From positions 1 through 56,413 of the forward strand of contig JBJFHO010000072.1 in the NCBI GenBank assembly GCA_051893675.1: a stretch of DNA of 56,413 nucleotides, read 5' to 3'. The notes beneath the pieces were generated by a model that had not been told where the DNA came from, ran no database searches, and saw only the letters and a list, made by a program, of their open reading frames with translations. The DNA comes from Ruminococcus sp. GTDB lineage: Bacteria > Bacillota > Clostridia > Oscillospirales > Ruminococcaceae. Position 1 is the first letter of the stretch. Each line of letters starts with the position of its first letter. The translations under genes and the position numbers were made by a program. Below are positions 1 through 10,271 of the stretch, piece by piece.

Positions 1-76
1 AGACTGCTGTCTCGTTTTTTTCGAGATTGCAGTCTTTTTTGTTGGAGACTTTTTTACAGCCCCTTTCATTTTCATA

Positions 77-928
77 TCACTTCCGCCGCACCAGCGCTCC
101 CACGCCGCAGCATCCCAAAAATACTACCAGATCTACTGCTACAATGGTAGCTCCCACAGGTGTGGATGCCAGAATGGAGATCAGCAGTCCGCCTACAGCG
201 CATACCACTGAGATCACCGCCGCACACACGATGACACCCCGGAAGCTCCGGAACAGCCGCATTGCCGACAGTGCGGGGAAAACAATTAACGCCGAAGTCA
301 ACAGAGACCCCACCAGATTCATAGCAAGGACAATAATCACTGCCGTCACCACGGCAATGAGGAAATTGTACATTCTCGCACGGATACCCGTTGCCGCTGC
401 AAATGTCTCATCGAAAGTCACAGCAAAGATCTTGTGATAGCACAGGAAAAAGATCGCCATCACCACTACGGACATAGCCACACACAGCCATACATCTGTT
501 TCCGACAGAGTCAGAATCATCGTGGAACCGAACAGGGTACTGCACACATCCCCGGAAACATTCGCCGAAGCGGAAAACAGATTCTGCACCAGATAGCCTA
601 TGGCTAGAGCGCTTACTGAAAGCATGGCGATAGCAGCGTCCCCCTTGATCTTCGCACTCTGATTGGCGCACAGCAGCAGCACTGCACATGCCACTGTCAC
701 CGGCATGACCAGAATCATCTCATTGTCCAGCCGCAATACTGTCGCAATTGCCAGGGCACCAAATGCCACATGGGACAGTCCGTCGCCAATGACAGAAAAC
801 CGTTTCAATACCAGTGTTACACCCAGCAGCGAGGAGCAGAGGGCAATGAGTACCCCGGCAATCAGCGCATACTGTACAAATGTAAAGGACAGATAACCTG
901 TCAGTTGTTCCCAGAGTCCCATGTTCAC
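77..928 (-). CDS. znuB: Zn/Mn ABC transporter permease (ZnuB/AdcB family)
   Basis: Hydrophobic 283 aa with the GDGLSHVAFG motif typical of ABC-3 permeases; last gene of an SBP-ATPase-permease operon. Confidence 0.9.
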   Translation of the reverse strand: MNMGLWEQLTGYLSFTFVQYALIAGVLIALCSSLLGVTLVLKRFSVIGDGLSHVAFGALAIATVLRLDNEMILVMPVTVACAVLLLCANQSAKIKGDAAIAMLSVSALAIGYLVQNLFSASANVSGDVCSTLFGSTMILTLSETDVWLCVAMSVVVMAIFFLCYHKIFAVTFDETFAAATGIRARMYNFLIAVVTAVIIVLAMNLVGSLLTSALIVFPALSAMRLFRSFRGVIVCAAVISVVCAVGGLLISILASTPVGATIVAVDLVVFLGCCGVGALVRRK

Positions 929-1644
929 ACCGTCCCTTCCCCGGTATACGCCTGCCCGATCTTGCTCTTGAGATAATCCGCTTTTGTCCCGAAAAACAGC
1001 GGCGTTTTGCTGATATGCAGCACATGGGTGGCATACCGCACTGCCGCCTCCATATCGTGGGATACCATAAGTATGGTAATGCCGTCCCGCTGGTTCAGCT
1101 GCTGGATCAGCTCATACAGCTCCGTCTGTGCCTTGGGATCCAGTCCCGTCACCGGCTCATCCAGCAGCAGCATTTTCTGCGTCGCACCCAGTGCACGTGC
1201 CAGAAGGACACGCTGCTGCTGTCCGCCGGACAATTCCCGATAGCACCGCTTTGCCAGATGGGCAATTCCCAGACGTTCCATGTTCTCCTGGGCAAGCTGT
1301 TTTTCCTGTTTCGTGTAAAAGGGACGGAATCCGCTGCGGTTCAGACAGCCCGAACGGACGATCTCCTGCACTGACGCCGGAAAATCCCGCTGTACTGCCG
1401 TCTGCTGAGGCAGATAACCGATCTCATCCGGCTGCAAGCCGTCACCAGTTGTAATTGTCCCTGCCATAGGCTCTTTCAGCCGGAGCAACGCCTTAATGAG
1501 CGTACTTTTTCCGGAACCGTTCTCCCCTACAATATACAAATAATCCCCGGCATTTACCGAGAAAGACAAATGCTCCGTCACCGCTACCCCCTCATATCCC
1601 AGAGTCAGGTCAGTACAAGTCAGCTGTGCCATATCTTTCACCAT
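925..1644 (-). CDS. znuC: Metal ABC transporter ATP-binding protein (start may be 1632)
   Basis: Walker A GENGSGKS, signature LSGGQQQR, Walker B LLLDEP, H-loop SHD; overlaps znuB by 4 nt. Confidence 0.9.
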   Translation of the reverse strand: MVKDMAQLTCTDLTLGYEGVAVTEHLSFSVNAGDYLYIVGENGSGKSTLIKALLRLKEPMAGTITTGDGLQPDEIGYLPQQTAVQRDFPASVQEIVRSGCLNRSGFRPFYTKQEKQLAQENMERLGIAHLAKRCYRELSGGQQQRVLLARALGATQKMLLLDEPVTGLDPKAQTELYELIQQLNQRDGITILMVSHDMEAAVRYATHVLHISKTPLFFGTKADYLKSKIGQAYTGEGTV

Positions 1645-1669
1645 ACTTTCTGTTTGAAACTATTTAAAA

Positions 1670-1720
1670 TTAGGAATTAGGAGTTAGGAATGAGGAATGG
1701 TGGTATCGCCTGCGGCGATG
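1670..1720. repeat. Heptamer (TKAGGAA)n + GC hairpin element, copy A
   Basis: TTAGGAA TTAGGAG TTAGGAA TGAGGAA TGGTGGT ATCGCCTGCGGCGAT; related copies at 26608, 47914, 54625. Confidence 0.8.
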
Positions 1721-1735
1721 GATTAGTATAACATA

Positions 1736-2740
1736 TCAGTCTACTGTCAAAGCCTTGCGCAATACCTCCAGATTTTCCTCCATTCGTGACAAGTAGGTCA
1801 CGCCGCTATCCAGTTCCTCCTGAGTCACAGATTGCAGAGAATTGAGCACCAATATTTCCCCGTCAGAATCTGCATTTTCCAGCACCGTTCGGGCAAGGGA
1901 TTGATTATTGCCTTCCACTGTCAGAATACAGGGCAGTTCTAGTTCTTTCAGTTTCCGGCTCAGAAAAGCAATGGTCTCAAAGCTTGCCTCCGTCTCTGCG
2001 GAGCAGCCCGGAAATGCCGCATAATACGTCAGGTCATAATCCTCTGCCAGATAACGGAATGGGAACCGGTCTGCCACCAGAATGGTACTGCGCACAGCCT
2101 CCGCCAACATCTCCTGATATTTCCCATCCAGTGCCTGTAATTCTCTGATATAGGCAGCGCAGTTTTCCTGATATTCCGCTGCATGTGCCGGGTCAGCTTC
2201 GCAAAGGGCATCCCGGATGGCTTCGCAGGCAGGCTGCGCCCGGCGCAGGGAAAGCCAGACATGCTCGTCCAGTTCTTCCTCCTCTTCGTGGTCGTGATCT
2301 TCGTCATCATGGTCATCGTGGTCATCATGTTCGTGGTGGTGCTCCTCTTCCTGCATGCCCTCCACAATCACTTCCTCGTCAGCATCTGCCGCCTCCATCA
2401 TGGAAACGACCCGGACGGTGTCATTTTCCGCTGTTTCCAGCACATCCGTCACCCACTGATCTGATGCACCGCCCACGTAGCAGAATACGTCTGCCTGGGA
2501 AATGGCAGCAATGTCCTTTACAGATGGCTGATAGCTGTGCAGATCTGTGCCGCCTTTCACCAGCAGCGTCACATCCACCCCATCCACATCGCCAACAATC
2601 CGGCGTGTCCAGTCATATTCCGGAAAGATCGTGCAGACCACCTGCACCTGTCCCGTAGATTCCACAAACTCACCGCATCCCGTCAGCAGAAAACACCACC
2701 CCAGGCATACAGCAAGTATAAGCGCCAATTTTCGTCTCAT
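1736..2740 (-). CDS. znuA: Zn ABC transporter substrate-binding lipoprotein with His/Asp-rich loop
   Basis: Lipobox LTGC, DLHSYQP and DEHVWLS metal-ligand motifs, loop EHHHEHDDHDDHDDEDHDH; SD GAAAGGAAG. Confidence 0.9.
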   Translation of the reverse strand: MRRKLALILAVCLGWCFLLTGCGEFVESTGQVQVVCTIFPEYDWTRRIVGDVDGVDVTLLVKGGTDLHSYQPSVKDIAAISQADVFCYVGGASDQWVTDVLETAENDTVRVVSMMEAADADEEVIVEGMQEEEHHHEHDDHDDHDDEDHDHEEEEELDEHVWLSLRRAQPACEAIRDALCEADPAHAAEYQENCAAYIRELQALDGKYQEMLAEAVRSTILVADRFPFRYLAEDYDLTYYAAFPGCSAETEASFETIAFLSRKLKELELPCILTVEGNNQSLARTVLENADSDGEILVLNSLQSVTQEELDSGVTYLSRMEENLEVLRKALTVD

Positions 2741-2797
2741 ATGCTTCCTTTCATAAGGCAGAAAAACAGGGGTACTTTACGTCCCCCGTTCAGCTTC

Positions 2798-2852
2798 AAT
2801 TTGAAAATGGTTTTCATATTCATATTATAGCAGATTCGATATGGGATGTCAA
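2798..2852 (-). promoter_or_regulatory. SigA promoter with Fur-family (Zur-like) operator
   Basis: TTGACA (2852-2847), 17 bp, TATAAT (2829-2824); palindrome TGAAAA-TGG-TTTTCA (2802-2816) just downstream of the predicted start site. Confidence 0.75.
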
Positions 2853-2885
2853 GAGGGAAATTTTCACGAATCAAAGCAGATTCTC

Positions 2886-2999
2886 GTAGGGAACGACCCC
2901 CGTGTCATTCCGCCAGATGTTCCATATCGAACGAAATAATTTTTGTTATGCCGTCAGATGCTTCATGTTGAATGGAACGACACGGGGGTCTTTCCCTAC
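2886..2999. repeat. GTAG-type REP inverted doublet (REPIN-like)
   Basis: GTAGGGAACGACCCCCGTGTCATTCC ... GGAACGACACGGGGGTCTTTCCCTAC; second copy at 24371-24441. Confidence 0.8.
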
Positions 3000-3026
3000 G
3001 ATTGAAAAAATTTTTCCAATCCCCCC

Positions 3027-3103
3027 TTGACAACGTCTTTGGAATATGCTATACTGTATGTGTTGCATGAAGTGTACAACACATATAACGCATACAACGC
3101 ATA
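3027..3103 (+). promoter_or_regulatory. SigA promoter and probable YtrA operator
   Basis: TTGACA 3027-3032, 17 bp, TGcTATACT; inverted repeat TATGTGTTG-N11-CAACACATA (3057-3085) followed by AACGCATA direct repeats. Confidence 0.7.
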
Positions 3104-3148
3104 AAAACTATGACATGTATATATGAGAACAGGAATGGAGGTTTTGCC

Positions 3149-3550
3149 ATGTTTCAAATTGATCCCATGTCACGAGAGCCTGTCTATGAGCAGATCATTG
3201 CACAGGTAGAACGCTTTATTTTGACAGACGTGCTGCAGCCGGGGAGCCAGATCCCATCGGTGCGAAACGTTTCGATGACCAATTCCATCAATCCCCGTAC
3301 GATTTTAAAGGCATATACAGATCTGGACGCCCGTGGGCTGATCCAGTCTGTACCGGGAAAGGGCTATTTTGTCTGTGCGGACGCACAGGAGAAGCTACTG
3401 CAGAAAGGGCGTGCAAAGATGAAAGATCTGACAGAATTGCTGACAGAGCTGGCGATTGCCGGCGTGACCAAAGAGGAAATCAGCGCCTGTGTAGAACAGG
3501 CATTTGCAGATGCTGAAAAGCAGCACCAACAGGGAGGGACTACAGTATGA
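3149..3550 (+). CDS. GntR family (YtrA subfamily) repressor
   Basis: EPVYEQI...LQPGSQIPSVR...INPRTILKAY...PGKGYFV wHTH with short C-terminus; SD GGAGG before ATG 3149; heads an ABC operon. Confidence 0.9.
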   Translation: MFQIDPMSREPVYEQIIAQVERFILTDVLQPGSQIPSVRNVSMTNSINPRTILKAYTDLDARGLIQSVPGKGYFVCADAQEKLLQKGRAKMKDLTELLTELAIAGVTKEEISACVEQAFADAEKQHQQGGTTV

Positions 3551-4476
3551 TCGAAGTAAAAAATCTCACAAAGCGGTTTCAGGATTTCACCGCACTGGAA
3601 AATGTCACCTGCACCATCGGTTCCGGCTGTATCTACGGCATGGTCGGCTCCAACGGTGCCGGAAAATCCACATTTCTGCGTGCGCTCACCGGTGTATACC
3701 AGCCGGACGGCGGACGAATCCTCATTGACGGAAAGCCTGTCTGGGATAATCCATCCGTAAAGCGCCGCATTGCCTATGTGCCCGATGAGCTGTACTTCCT
3801 CTCCGGCGCCAATCTGAACCGCATGGAACGGATGTACCGCAATACATACCCGGATTTTGATCCGGAACAGTTCCACAGGCTCTGCGACCAGCTCCAGCTG
3901 CCCCGGAATAAATCTCTGGGACAGTTCTCCAAGGGAATGCGCCGTCAGGCAGCGACCATTCTGGCACTGTCCTGCAAGCCGGACTATCTCTTCTTCGATG
4001 AAACATTTGACGGTCTGGATCCGGTCATGCGGAATTTCGTGAAGCGGCTCATCTGCGAGGACGTTCTGGAGCGAGGGGCATCGGCAATTATCACCTCCCA
4101 CTCGCTCCGGGAGCTAGAGGATATCTGCGACCAGCTGGCACTGCTCCACAAGGGCGGTCTGGTACTGGAAAGCGACATCGAAAACCTCAAGACCTCCCAG
4201 TTCAAGATTCAGATCGCATTCCGGGAAGAATATGACAAGTCCAAATTCGACGGCATCCAGATCTCCCACTTTGAAAAGAGCGGCAGCGTAGCAAATATGA
4301 TCGTAGGCGGTGACCGTACCGATATTGTGGAGAAGCTCCGTGCCATGCAGCCCATTCTCCTGGATGTACTGCCCCTGTCGCTGGAGGAGATCTTCACCTA
4401 TGAAATGGAAACCCTGGGCTATACGTTCCAGATCGACGAAATGAACGAGGAGGGTGCTGCAAATGCAAAATCTTGA
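3547..4476 (+). CDS. ABC exporter ATP-binding protein (YtrB-like)
   Basis: GSNGAGKST, FSKGMRR, FFDETFDGLD; ATGA overlap with the regulator. Confidence 0.9.
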   Translation: MIEVKNLTKRFQDFTALENVTCTIGSGCIYGMVGSNGAGKSTFLRALTGVYQPDGGRILIDGKPVWDNPSVKRRIAYVPDELYFLSGANLNRMERMYRNTYPDFDPEQFHRLCDQLQLPRNKSLGQFSKGMRRQAATILALSCKPDYLFFDETFDGLDPVMRNFVKRLICEDVLERGASAIITSHSLRELEDICDQLALLHKGGLVLESDIENLKTSQFKIQIAFREEYDKSKFDGIQISHFEKSGSVANMIVGGDRTDIVEKLRAMQPILLDVLPLSLEEIFTYEMETLGYTFQIDEMNEEGAANAKS

Positions 4477-4621
4477 GAAACGCTATTCCTACCGGCACCA
4501 TGACAAACAGGAAATGCGCCGTCAGTTTCTGACCAATCTGGTCATCCTGCTGCTGGTGCTGGGATTGGCGGCAGTTTGTGCAGTGACCTATTTTCATGCA
4601 AGAGGAGGATTTGTAAGATGA
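4463..4621 (+). CDS. 52-aa single-TM small protein (absent from the ORF track)
   Basis: SD GGAGGG then ATG 4463; MQNLEKRYSYRHHDKQEMRRQFLTNLVILLLVLGLAAVCAVTYFHARGGFVR; its TGA overlaps the ATG of the permease (ATGA). Confidence 0.7.
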   Translation: MQNLEKRYSYRHHDKQEMRRQFLTNLVILLLVLGLAAVCAVTYFHARGGFVR

Positions 4622-6741
4622 ATAAAAAGCAATCCATATTTTCCCTGGGACTGCTGCGGGAGGGATTCCGGCAGTGCCAGATGATCGGCATTCTCTCCAT
4701 GGTAATTATGGTACTGGGTGCCCTGTTCATTCCCATTGGGTGTGTAATCAATGTGTCGAATGATCCCTACTATGTGACAGAGGCATGGGATGCCTGGGGT
4801 GCAAATCCCCTGCTGCTTATCGTACTGTTGGCTGCACCGCTTATGACGCTGACATTGTTCCACTTCCTGGACAACCGTGCCGCTTCTGACTTGTACCACG
4901 CCATGCCCCACAAGCGCATTACCCTCTATCTCAGCTATGCCGGGGCAATTCTCCTGTGGGTCGTACTGCTGATGGCAGTGAGCACCGTGGTTTCTCTCAT
5001 CTCCTGCGCCATCACCCACCAGTATATCATACTGTTGTACGACACCATTCTGCCCTATCTGTGCAGTATTTTCCTGATCTGCGCTCTGACCATCTCCGGC
5101 ATTCTCATTGCCATGAGTCTGACGGGAACGGCATTCACAAACGTACTGTTTTCAGCCATTCTGCTGTTTCTGCCTCGGCTCTGCATTTATTTCCTGAGTG
5201 AAGCTGTCACAGGCAGTATGCCATTTATTGCCGGTGCAAGTGAATCCAACAGTTTTTTCCGCAGCAGCAACAACCTGTTGTTCTCCCTGATCTCCACGAT
5301 TCTGGACATTGACATCAGCAACAGTGTTATCAATGTATTCAAACCCGGCTGGCAGGCGATGGTCTACACCCTGCTGCTGGCACTGATCTACTTTGCTGTA
5401 GGTGCATGGCTGTTCTGCCGCCGCCGCAGTGAAGCTGCCGGACAGTCTGCACCCAGCCGGATGCTCCAGAATGTCTACCGCATCGTGGTAACTATGACCT
5501 ATTGTATCTTTGTCACTGCGGCACTGCACTCTTGTCTGGAACTGGGTCTGAGCGGCGATGACTGGTTTGTATTCCTGATTCTGTACATCATTGCGCTCCT
5601 GATCTACTTCACCTATGAGCTGATCACCACAAAGAAATGGCGCAATCTGCTCCGGGCAATGCCGGGTCTGGCAGTATTGGCTGTCCTGAACGGCGGTATC
5701 CTGCTGGGGATGCATGTGGCACAGGAAAGGATTCTGGATCAGCGTCCGTCAGTACAGGAGATCGAAAGCGTATCCTTCCGCAGCAGCAGCAATACCGTTT
5801 ATCAGGGAGCCTATCTGGAATATGGACAGTACGTGGATCTGGAGAGCCAGAAGATCGAGATCACCGATCCCACCGTCATTTCTCTGGTGTCCTACTATCT
5901 GAATGAGAACATTGAGACATGGGAAAAGGGACAGGAAAACTACTTCAACAAATACTACAACTATTCCGGCGCACAGGCATATACGGATTACATCGTTACC
6001 ATCCGCACCAAGAAGGATACGCTGTATCGTTCCATCATGATTCCGAATTCCGAGGCCAACACACTCATTGAGTCGTTACAGAGCAACGAGGAATTTGTCA
6101 AGGCATGGATGACGCCGCCGGAACCCGTTGAGAATACGATGTTCCTGGAAACCTATATCGGCGATGATGATTTTGATGTTGAGGCGCTGTATGAATCCTA
6201 TATTGAAGAGCTGAAAACTGTTCCCTTTGAAAAATTCTACGAAAAGCAGACTGCATATATCTATTCTTCCGTCAGCTTCGGCTATACTTTCCGTGCAAAC
6301 GGTTATAATCTGACTATCAGCTGTCCGATCTATGCCGACCTGATGCCGGAAACGCTCCAGAAATACTACGACATGCTCTACGATTCCCAGGCGGATTCCC
6401 GTGACACATTGCTGCATAACGCCAATATAAACGCATCTTTGAACATCAATGCCTATGGTAGAACCGTCAATGATTCTTACAAATACGCTGACTGTTACGA
6501 AGAAGCAGACAGCCAGCCGCTCAGCGAACTGGAATGCTATCAGCTGCTTCTGGAATATGCAGAGGACAGACCTGTCCAGGTTGGCGAGGCATATGCGGAA
6601 GTCTGGCTCTATCCCTACGTCACATCGGATGATGAAACATACAGCGAGATCTATGTTATCCTGCCGCTCAGTGACGATTTCTTCTCGGATACACGGGTGA
6701 ATGAGAACTTTGATACCGGGTATTATGACGACGAGAACTAA
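4618..6741 (+). CDS. ABC-2 type exporter permease with large C-terminal extracellular domain
   Basis: About 10 TM segments, FHFLDNRAASDLYHAMPHKR motif, acidic/Tyr-rich C-terminal domain; SD GGAGGA before ATG 4618. Confidence 0.75.
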   Translation: MNKKQSIFSLGLLREGFRQCQMIGILSMVIMVLGALFIPIGCVINVSNDPYYVTEAWDAWGANPLLLIVLLAAPLMTLTLFHFLDNRAASDLYHAMPHKRITLYLSYAGAILLWVVLLMAVSTVVSLISCAITHQYIILLYDTILPYLCSIFLICALTISGILIAMSLTGTAFTNVLFSAILLFLPRLCIYFLSEAVTGSMPFIAGASESNSFFRSSNNLLFSLISTILDIDISNSVINVFKPGWQAMVYTLLLALIYFAVGAWLFCRRRSEAAGQSAPSRMLQNVYRIVVTMTYCIFVTAALHSCLELGLSGDDWFVFLILYIIALLIYFTYELITTKKWRNLLRAMPGLAVLAVLNGGILLGMHVAQERILDQRPSVQEIESVSFRSSSNTVYQGAYLEYGQYVDLESQKIEITDPTVISLVSYYLNENIETWEKGQENYFNKYYNYSGAQAYTDYIVTIRTKKDTLYRSIMIPNSEANTLIESLQSNEEFVKAWMTPPEPVENTMFLETYIGDDDFDVEALYESYIEELKTVPFEKFYEKQTAYIYSSVSFGYTFRANGYNLTISCPIYADLMPETLQKYYDMLYDSQADSRDTLLHNANINASLNINAYGRTVNDSYKYADCYEEADSQPLSELECYQLLLEYAEDRPVQVGEAYAEVWLYPYVTSDDETYSEIYVILPLSDDFFSDTRVNENFDTGYYDDEN

Positions 6742-6798
6742 AGTTACACCGATTTACTTGTGACAACTTCTTGTGATAAAGCTTCTTCCTTAAAACAG

Positions 6799-6836
6799 AA
6801 AAAAGCACTCTTTTGCAATGCAGAGAGTGCTTTTTT
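6799..6836. terminator. Intrinsic terminator (probably bidirectional)
   Basis: AAAAAAGCACTCT...AGAGTGCTTTTTT between convergent genes. Confidence 0.75.
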
Positions 6837-6874
6837 CATGTATGAATGCTGTTGCAAATCTTTGGCTGAAAGAC

Positions 6875-6947
6875 GTAGGGCGAGGGCTCCCGCCGTTCCC
6901 AAAGAATCTAAGAGAACCCCCATTGTAGGGGCGACCATTGGTCGCCC
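6875..6947 (+). repeat. Two GTAG-REP-like palindromes
   Basis: GTAGGGCGAGGGCTCCCGCC (degenerate) and GTAGGGGCGACCATTGGTCGCCC (6925-6947). Confidence 0.6.
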
Positions 6948-7036
6948 GCAAGTTTCGTTGAACAGCTGGACCAGCAGCCTGGGCAACCTTTTTAAAAATG
7001 GGAAAGAAACATGTTTCAATTACAACAGTATAACAT

Positions 7037-8323
7037 TTACACTTTATCCAACGCCTGTTCCAGATCGGCAATAATATCCTCTACATTTTCCAGTCCCACA
7101 GAGATCCGGATCAGACCGCCGTCAATACCGGCAGCCACAAGCTGTTCCTCCGTCAGCTGGCGGTGAGTGGCAGAAGCCGGGTGCAGTACACAAGTACGGA
7201 TATCTGCCACGTGCACCTCAATGGATGCCAGCCGGAGCGCATCCATAAAGCGGACTGCCGCTTCCCTGCCGCCCTTAATGGAGATGGAAATCACACCGCT
7301 GGTGCCTTCCGGGAGATATTTTTCCGCCAGAGCATGACACGGATCATCCGGCAGCCCCGGATAAGTCACAGATGCGATCTTGTCAGACGACTTCAGCATC
7401 TCGGCAACTGCCATGGCGTTTGCACAATACTGCCGCATCCGCACAGGCAGTGTTTCCAATCCCAGATTCAGCAAAAATGCGGAATTTGCCGCCGGATAGC
7501 AGCCGAAATCACGCATGAGCTGCATTCTCGCCTTGATAATATACGCCATTTTGCCGAAATCTCTGGTATAGACAACGCCGTGGTAACTCTCATCCGGTTC
7601 GGTGAAGTCCGGGAACTTTCCGCTGGCAGCCCAATCGAAATTACCGCTGTCAACAATAACGCCGCCGCCTTGTACAGCATGGCCATCCATGTACTTGGTA
7701 GTGGAGTGCACCACAATATCTGCGCCGAACTCAAAAGGACGGCAGAGTACTGGTGTCGCAAATGTATTGTCCACCACCAGCGGAATACCATTCCGATGCG
7801 CCACATTGGCAAACTTTTCGATATCAAACACCGTCAGCGCAGGATTGGCAATGGTCTCACCAAAAATCAGCTTGGTATTGGGCTGGATCGCTGCTTCGAT
7901 CTCTTCCTCGCTGGCATTGGGATCAACCCAGATGCACTCAATGCCGAAGCGCTTCATGGTCACACTAAACAGATTCACAGTACCGCCGTAAATGGTACTT
8001 ACGGAGACCAGACTGTCCCCGGCGCTGCACAGATTCAGAACAGACAGCAGAGATGCCGCCTGACCGCTGGTAGTGAGCATTGCACCAACGCCGCCTTCCA
8101 TGGCAGTAATTTTCTGTTCCACTGCATCACAGGTGGGGTTTGCAAACCGGGAATACATGGGTTCTGTTGGCATATCGAACAGTGCTGCAACATGCTCTGT
8201 GGAATCAAAGCGATAGGTCGTGCTCTGTACAATAGGCATCACGCCGGGGCCGCCGTTTTCCGGGGTATATCCGGCATGGAGACATTTGGTTTCAATTTTT
8301 GCGTTTGGACTGCATGGATACAT
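7037..8323 (-). CDS. metY: O-acetylhomoserine sulfhydrylase (Cys/Met PLP family)
   Basis: YSRFANPT, SGQAA, VDNTFATP, HSTTKY (PLP lysine), HPASATHRQL, IRISVGLE; SD GGAGG before ATG 8323. Confidence 0.88.
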   Translation of the reverse strand: MYPCSPNAKIETKCLHAGYTPENGGPGVMPIVQSTTYRFDSTEHVAALFDMPTEPMYSRFANPTCDAVEQKITAMEGGVGAMLTTSGQAASLLSVLNLCSAGDSLVSVSTIYGGTVNLFSVTMKRFGIECIWVDPNASEEEIEAAIQPNTKLIFGETIANPALTVFDIEKFANVAHRNGIPLVVDNTFATPVLCRPFEFGADIVVHSTTKYMDGHAVQGGGVIVDSGNFDWAASGKFPDFTEPDESYHGVVYTRDFGKMAYIIKARMQLMRDFGCYPAANSAFLLNLGLETLPVRMRQYCANAMAVAEMLKSSDKIASVTYPGLPDDPCHALAEKYLPEGTSGVISISIKGGREAAVRFMDALRLASIEVHVADIRTCVLHPASATHRQLTEEQLVAAGIDGGLIRISVGLENVEDIIADLEQALDKV

Positions 8324-8356
8324 GGTCAATCCCTCCTGAGTTATTTTAATAATTCC

Positions 8357-8424
8357 ATTATAACACAAAAGTTGCCTTTTTGGTAGAGAAAATTTTGAAT
8401 TGCTTCCCATAGATTTTTTCTATA
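8357..8424 (-). promoter_or_regulatory. metY promoter with LysR-type (MetR/MtaR/CmbR-like) site
   Basis: Extended -10 TGtTATAAT at 8357-8365 with poor -35; CATAG-N7-CTATA at 8408-8424 resembles the TATAG-N7-CTATA LysR box. Confidence 0.5.
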
Positions 8425-8460
8425 GAGCAGACTTTTGTACTACACTATACACAAAAAAGC

Positions 8461-8500
8461 AAAAACCGCATGAGTTCCACCTGGAACCCATGCGGTTTTT
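8461..8500 (-). terminator. Intrinsic terminator
   Basis: AAAAACCGCATG-AGTTCCA-CC-TGGAACC-CATGCGGTTTTT. Confidence 0.75.
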
Positions 8501-8510
8501 CTATCATTTC

Positions 8511-10250
8511 TTAAAATATATTCTCCGCAAACACCAGCACCCAATAATTCGTGCCGTTATCATCCGCAATCGAGAAGAAACGCTGTGCCTGCTGCAGCAA
8601 ACCATCTGCCCGATTCACCAGCGTGTCATACTCGCCCTGATCCAGCAACAGGAAATATTCCTCCTGATCCGGCTGATCTTCATACCAGCTGTTTTCTGTC
8701 TGATATCCCGCAGGTCTTACGCCGCTTTCGTCCACCTTCACATTGCGCACCAGTATTTCCGAATCAGAGATCACCGTCATGGCGTTGGCACGCCAGAACG
8801 TTGCATAACCATAGGTCAGCCCGTGCTCCTCCAGTGCCTCCACCAGCTGATACTGTACATTTTCCTTGTAATAATCCTTCGGCAGAGCAGCCACATTCCA
8901 GATACTCATTCCGCAGAAGCACACCACAGGGATACACAGTACTCCCGCAATGCGGTTCATGGAAGTGCTGTTGGAAATCGCCCATTGTACATATACGATG
9001 GATACCACGGCTGAAGTGCAGACAATGGGACTGAGCCGCCAGTTTGCAGCAGACAGGTTGCCGCAGATATAGCCCACCATAATGAGCGCCGTCATGATCC
9101 AATGCGCCCAGATCAGGATCCGGATCTGCTTGCCCGATTTGCCCTCATACTTCGGATAGCAGCAGGTTGCCACAATGGGAAGTACCAGCAGCAGGATCGC
9201 AGCCGCCATACGGATGATATTTTTTATGCTGTCCCCATCCATAAGAGCTGTGCCCGGAATATCCTCCAGTCCCAGCAGACTCAGCCATGCCAGCGGAAAT
9301 GACTGTACATGTTCCAGCCAGGTAGACTGGGCGGCAAAGCTGGAATACGCATCCGCATAGCCTGCCGTAATACTTCCTGCCCAGATCTTTCCCAGCTTCA
9401 ATCCGCACAGGATCATCACGCCCAGAATCATGAGCAGTACCAATGCACTGCAATTTTTGTTGCTCAGCAGGGGCGTATGGCGATCCAGCAGACGTTCCAG
9501 AAAGATTGCCGCCAGAATGGGCAGGGCAAAGATCGTCAGGGCTGTTATCTGATCCGTGCTGCACAGCAGGAAGAAGATGAGCAGCACTGCAAATGTGATC
9601 CATGTATGAGTCCGTCTCTTTCGTTCCTTTTCCGGGGTATCCAGAGTCCCCTTTTTCTCCAGCAGATTCCACAGCCGGAACAGCAGGAACAGTCCGTAAA
9701 ACAGAAAGAGAATGCCCAGGCTATAATAGATGGTATGTCCCCAGAAGATCTCACGCAGCTTTTCGCTGGAGCTGACAACTGCCAGAAGCACTGCCGCCGC
9801 AGCGCAGATCCAGCGGTAATTCCAATGCATTTCCTTGAGCATGAGGCAGAATCCCGTCAGGAACAGCAGGAAGAACAGCAGCATACCAAGGGTATGGGTA
9901 GTCATAGACAAGCCGAAAAAGGGCATGAAGATCAGCATAAGCAGACTTCCGCCGAAAGGCAGCAGGCAGGCATAGGAAAAGTCTGAGTTGAAAATCGTGC
10001 CGCTGTCATAGGACGCTTTTGCCCAGTAAATCGTATCGGTACAGTCGGAATGGAACTCACCCTTACTAGGGAAAAGGATGTAATAGACCACGATTCCTGC
10101 CACAAGCAGCAGCAGTGCCGGGGGACCGAAAATTGTCAGACCTTTTTTGAAATTTAACCAGAAAGCGTTTGTTTTCTGGGGCGCTTCGGACGTTTTTTCC
10201 GGAGCCGGAGCCTTTGCTGCCACGGCTTTTTTGCTTTTCACATTTGTCAA
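8511..10250 (-). CDS. Polytopic membrane protein, possible GT-C fold glycosyltransferase
   Basis: About 12 TM helices, acidic FHSDCTD motif in the first outer loop, C-terminal GYATFWRAN domain; TTG start with SD GAGGAGG. Confidence 0.5.
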   Translation of the reverse strand: MTNVKSKKAVAAKAPAPEKTSEAPQKTNAFWLNFKKGLTIFGPPALLLLVAGIVVYYILFPSKGEFHSDCTDTIYWAKASYDSGTIFNSDFSYACLLPFGGSLLMLIFMPFFGLSMTTHTLGMLLFFLLFLTGFCLMLKEMHWNYRWICAAAAVLLAVVSSSEKLREIFWGHTIYYSLGILFLFYGLFLLFRLWNLLEKKGTLDTPEKERKRRTHTWITFAVLLIFFLLCSTDQITALTIFALPILAAIFLERLLDRHTPLLSNKNCSALVLLMILGVMILCGLKLGKIWAGSITAGYADAYSSFAAQSTWLEHVQSFPLAWLSLLGLEDIPGTALMDGDSIKNIIRMAAAILLLVLPIVATCCYPKYEGKSGKQIRILIWAHWIMTALIMVGYICGNLSAANWRLSPIVCTSAVVSIVYVQWAISNSTSMNRIAGVLCIPVVCFCGMSIWNVAALPKDYYKENVQYQLVEALEEHGLTYGYATFWRANAMTVISDSEILVRNVKVDESGVRPAGYQTENSWYEDQPDQEEYFLLLDQGEYDTLVNRADGLLQQAQRFFSIADDNGTNYWVLVFAENIF

Positions 10251-10271
10251 AATAATTTCCTCCTCTTTCTG

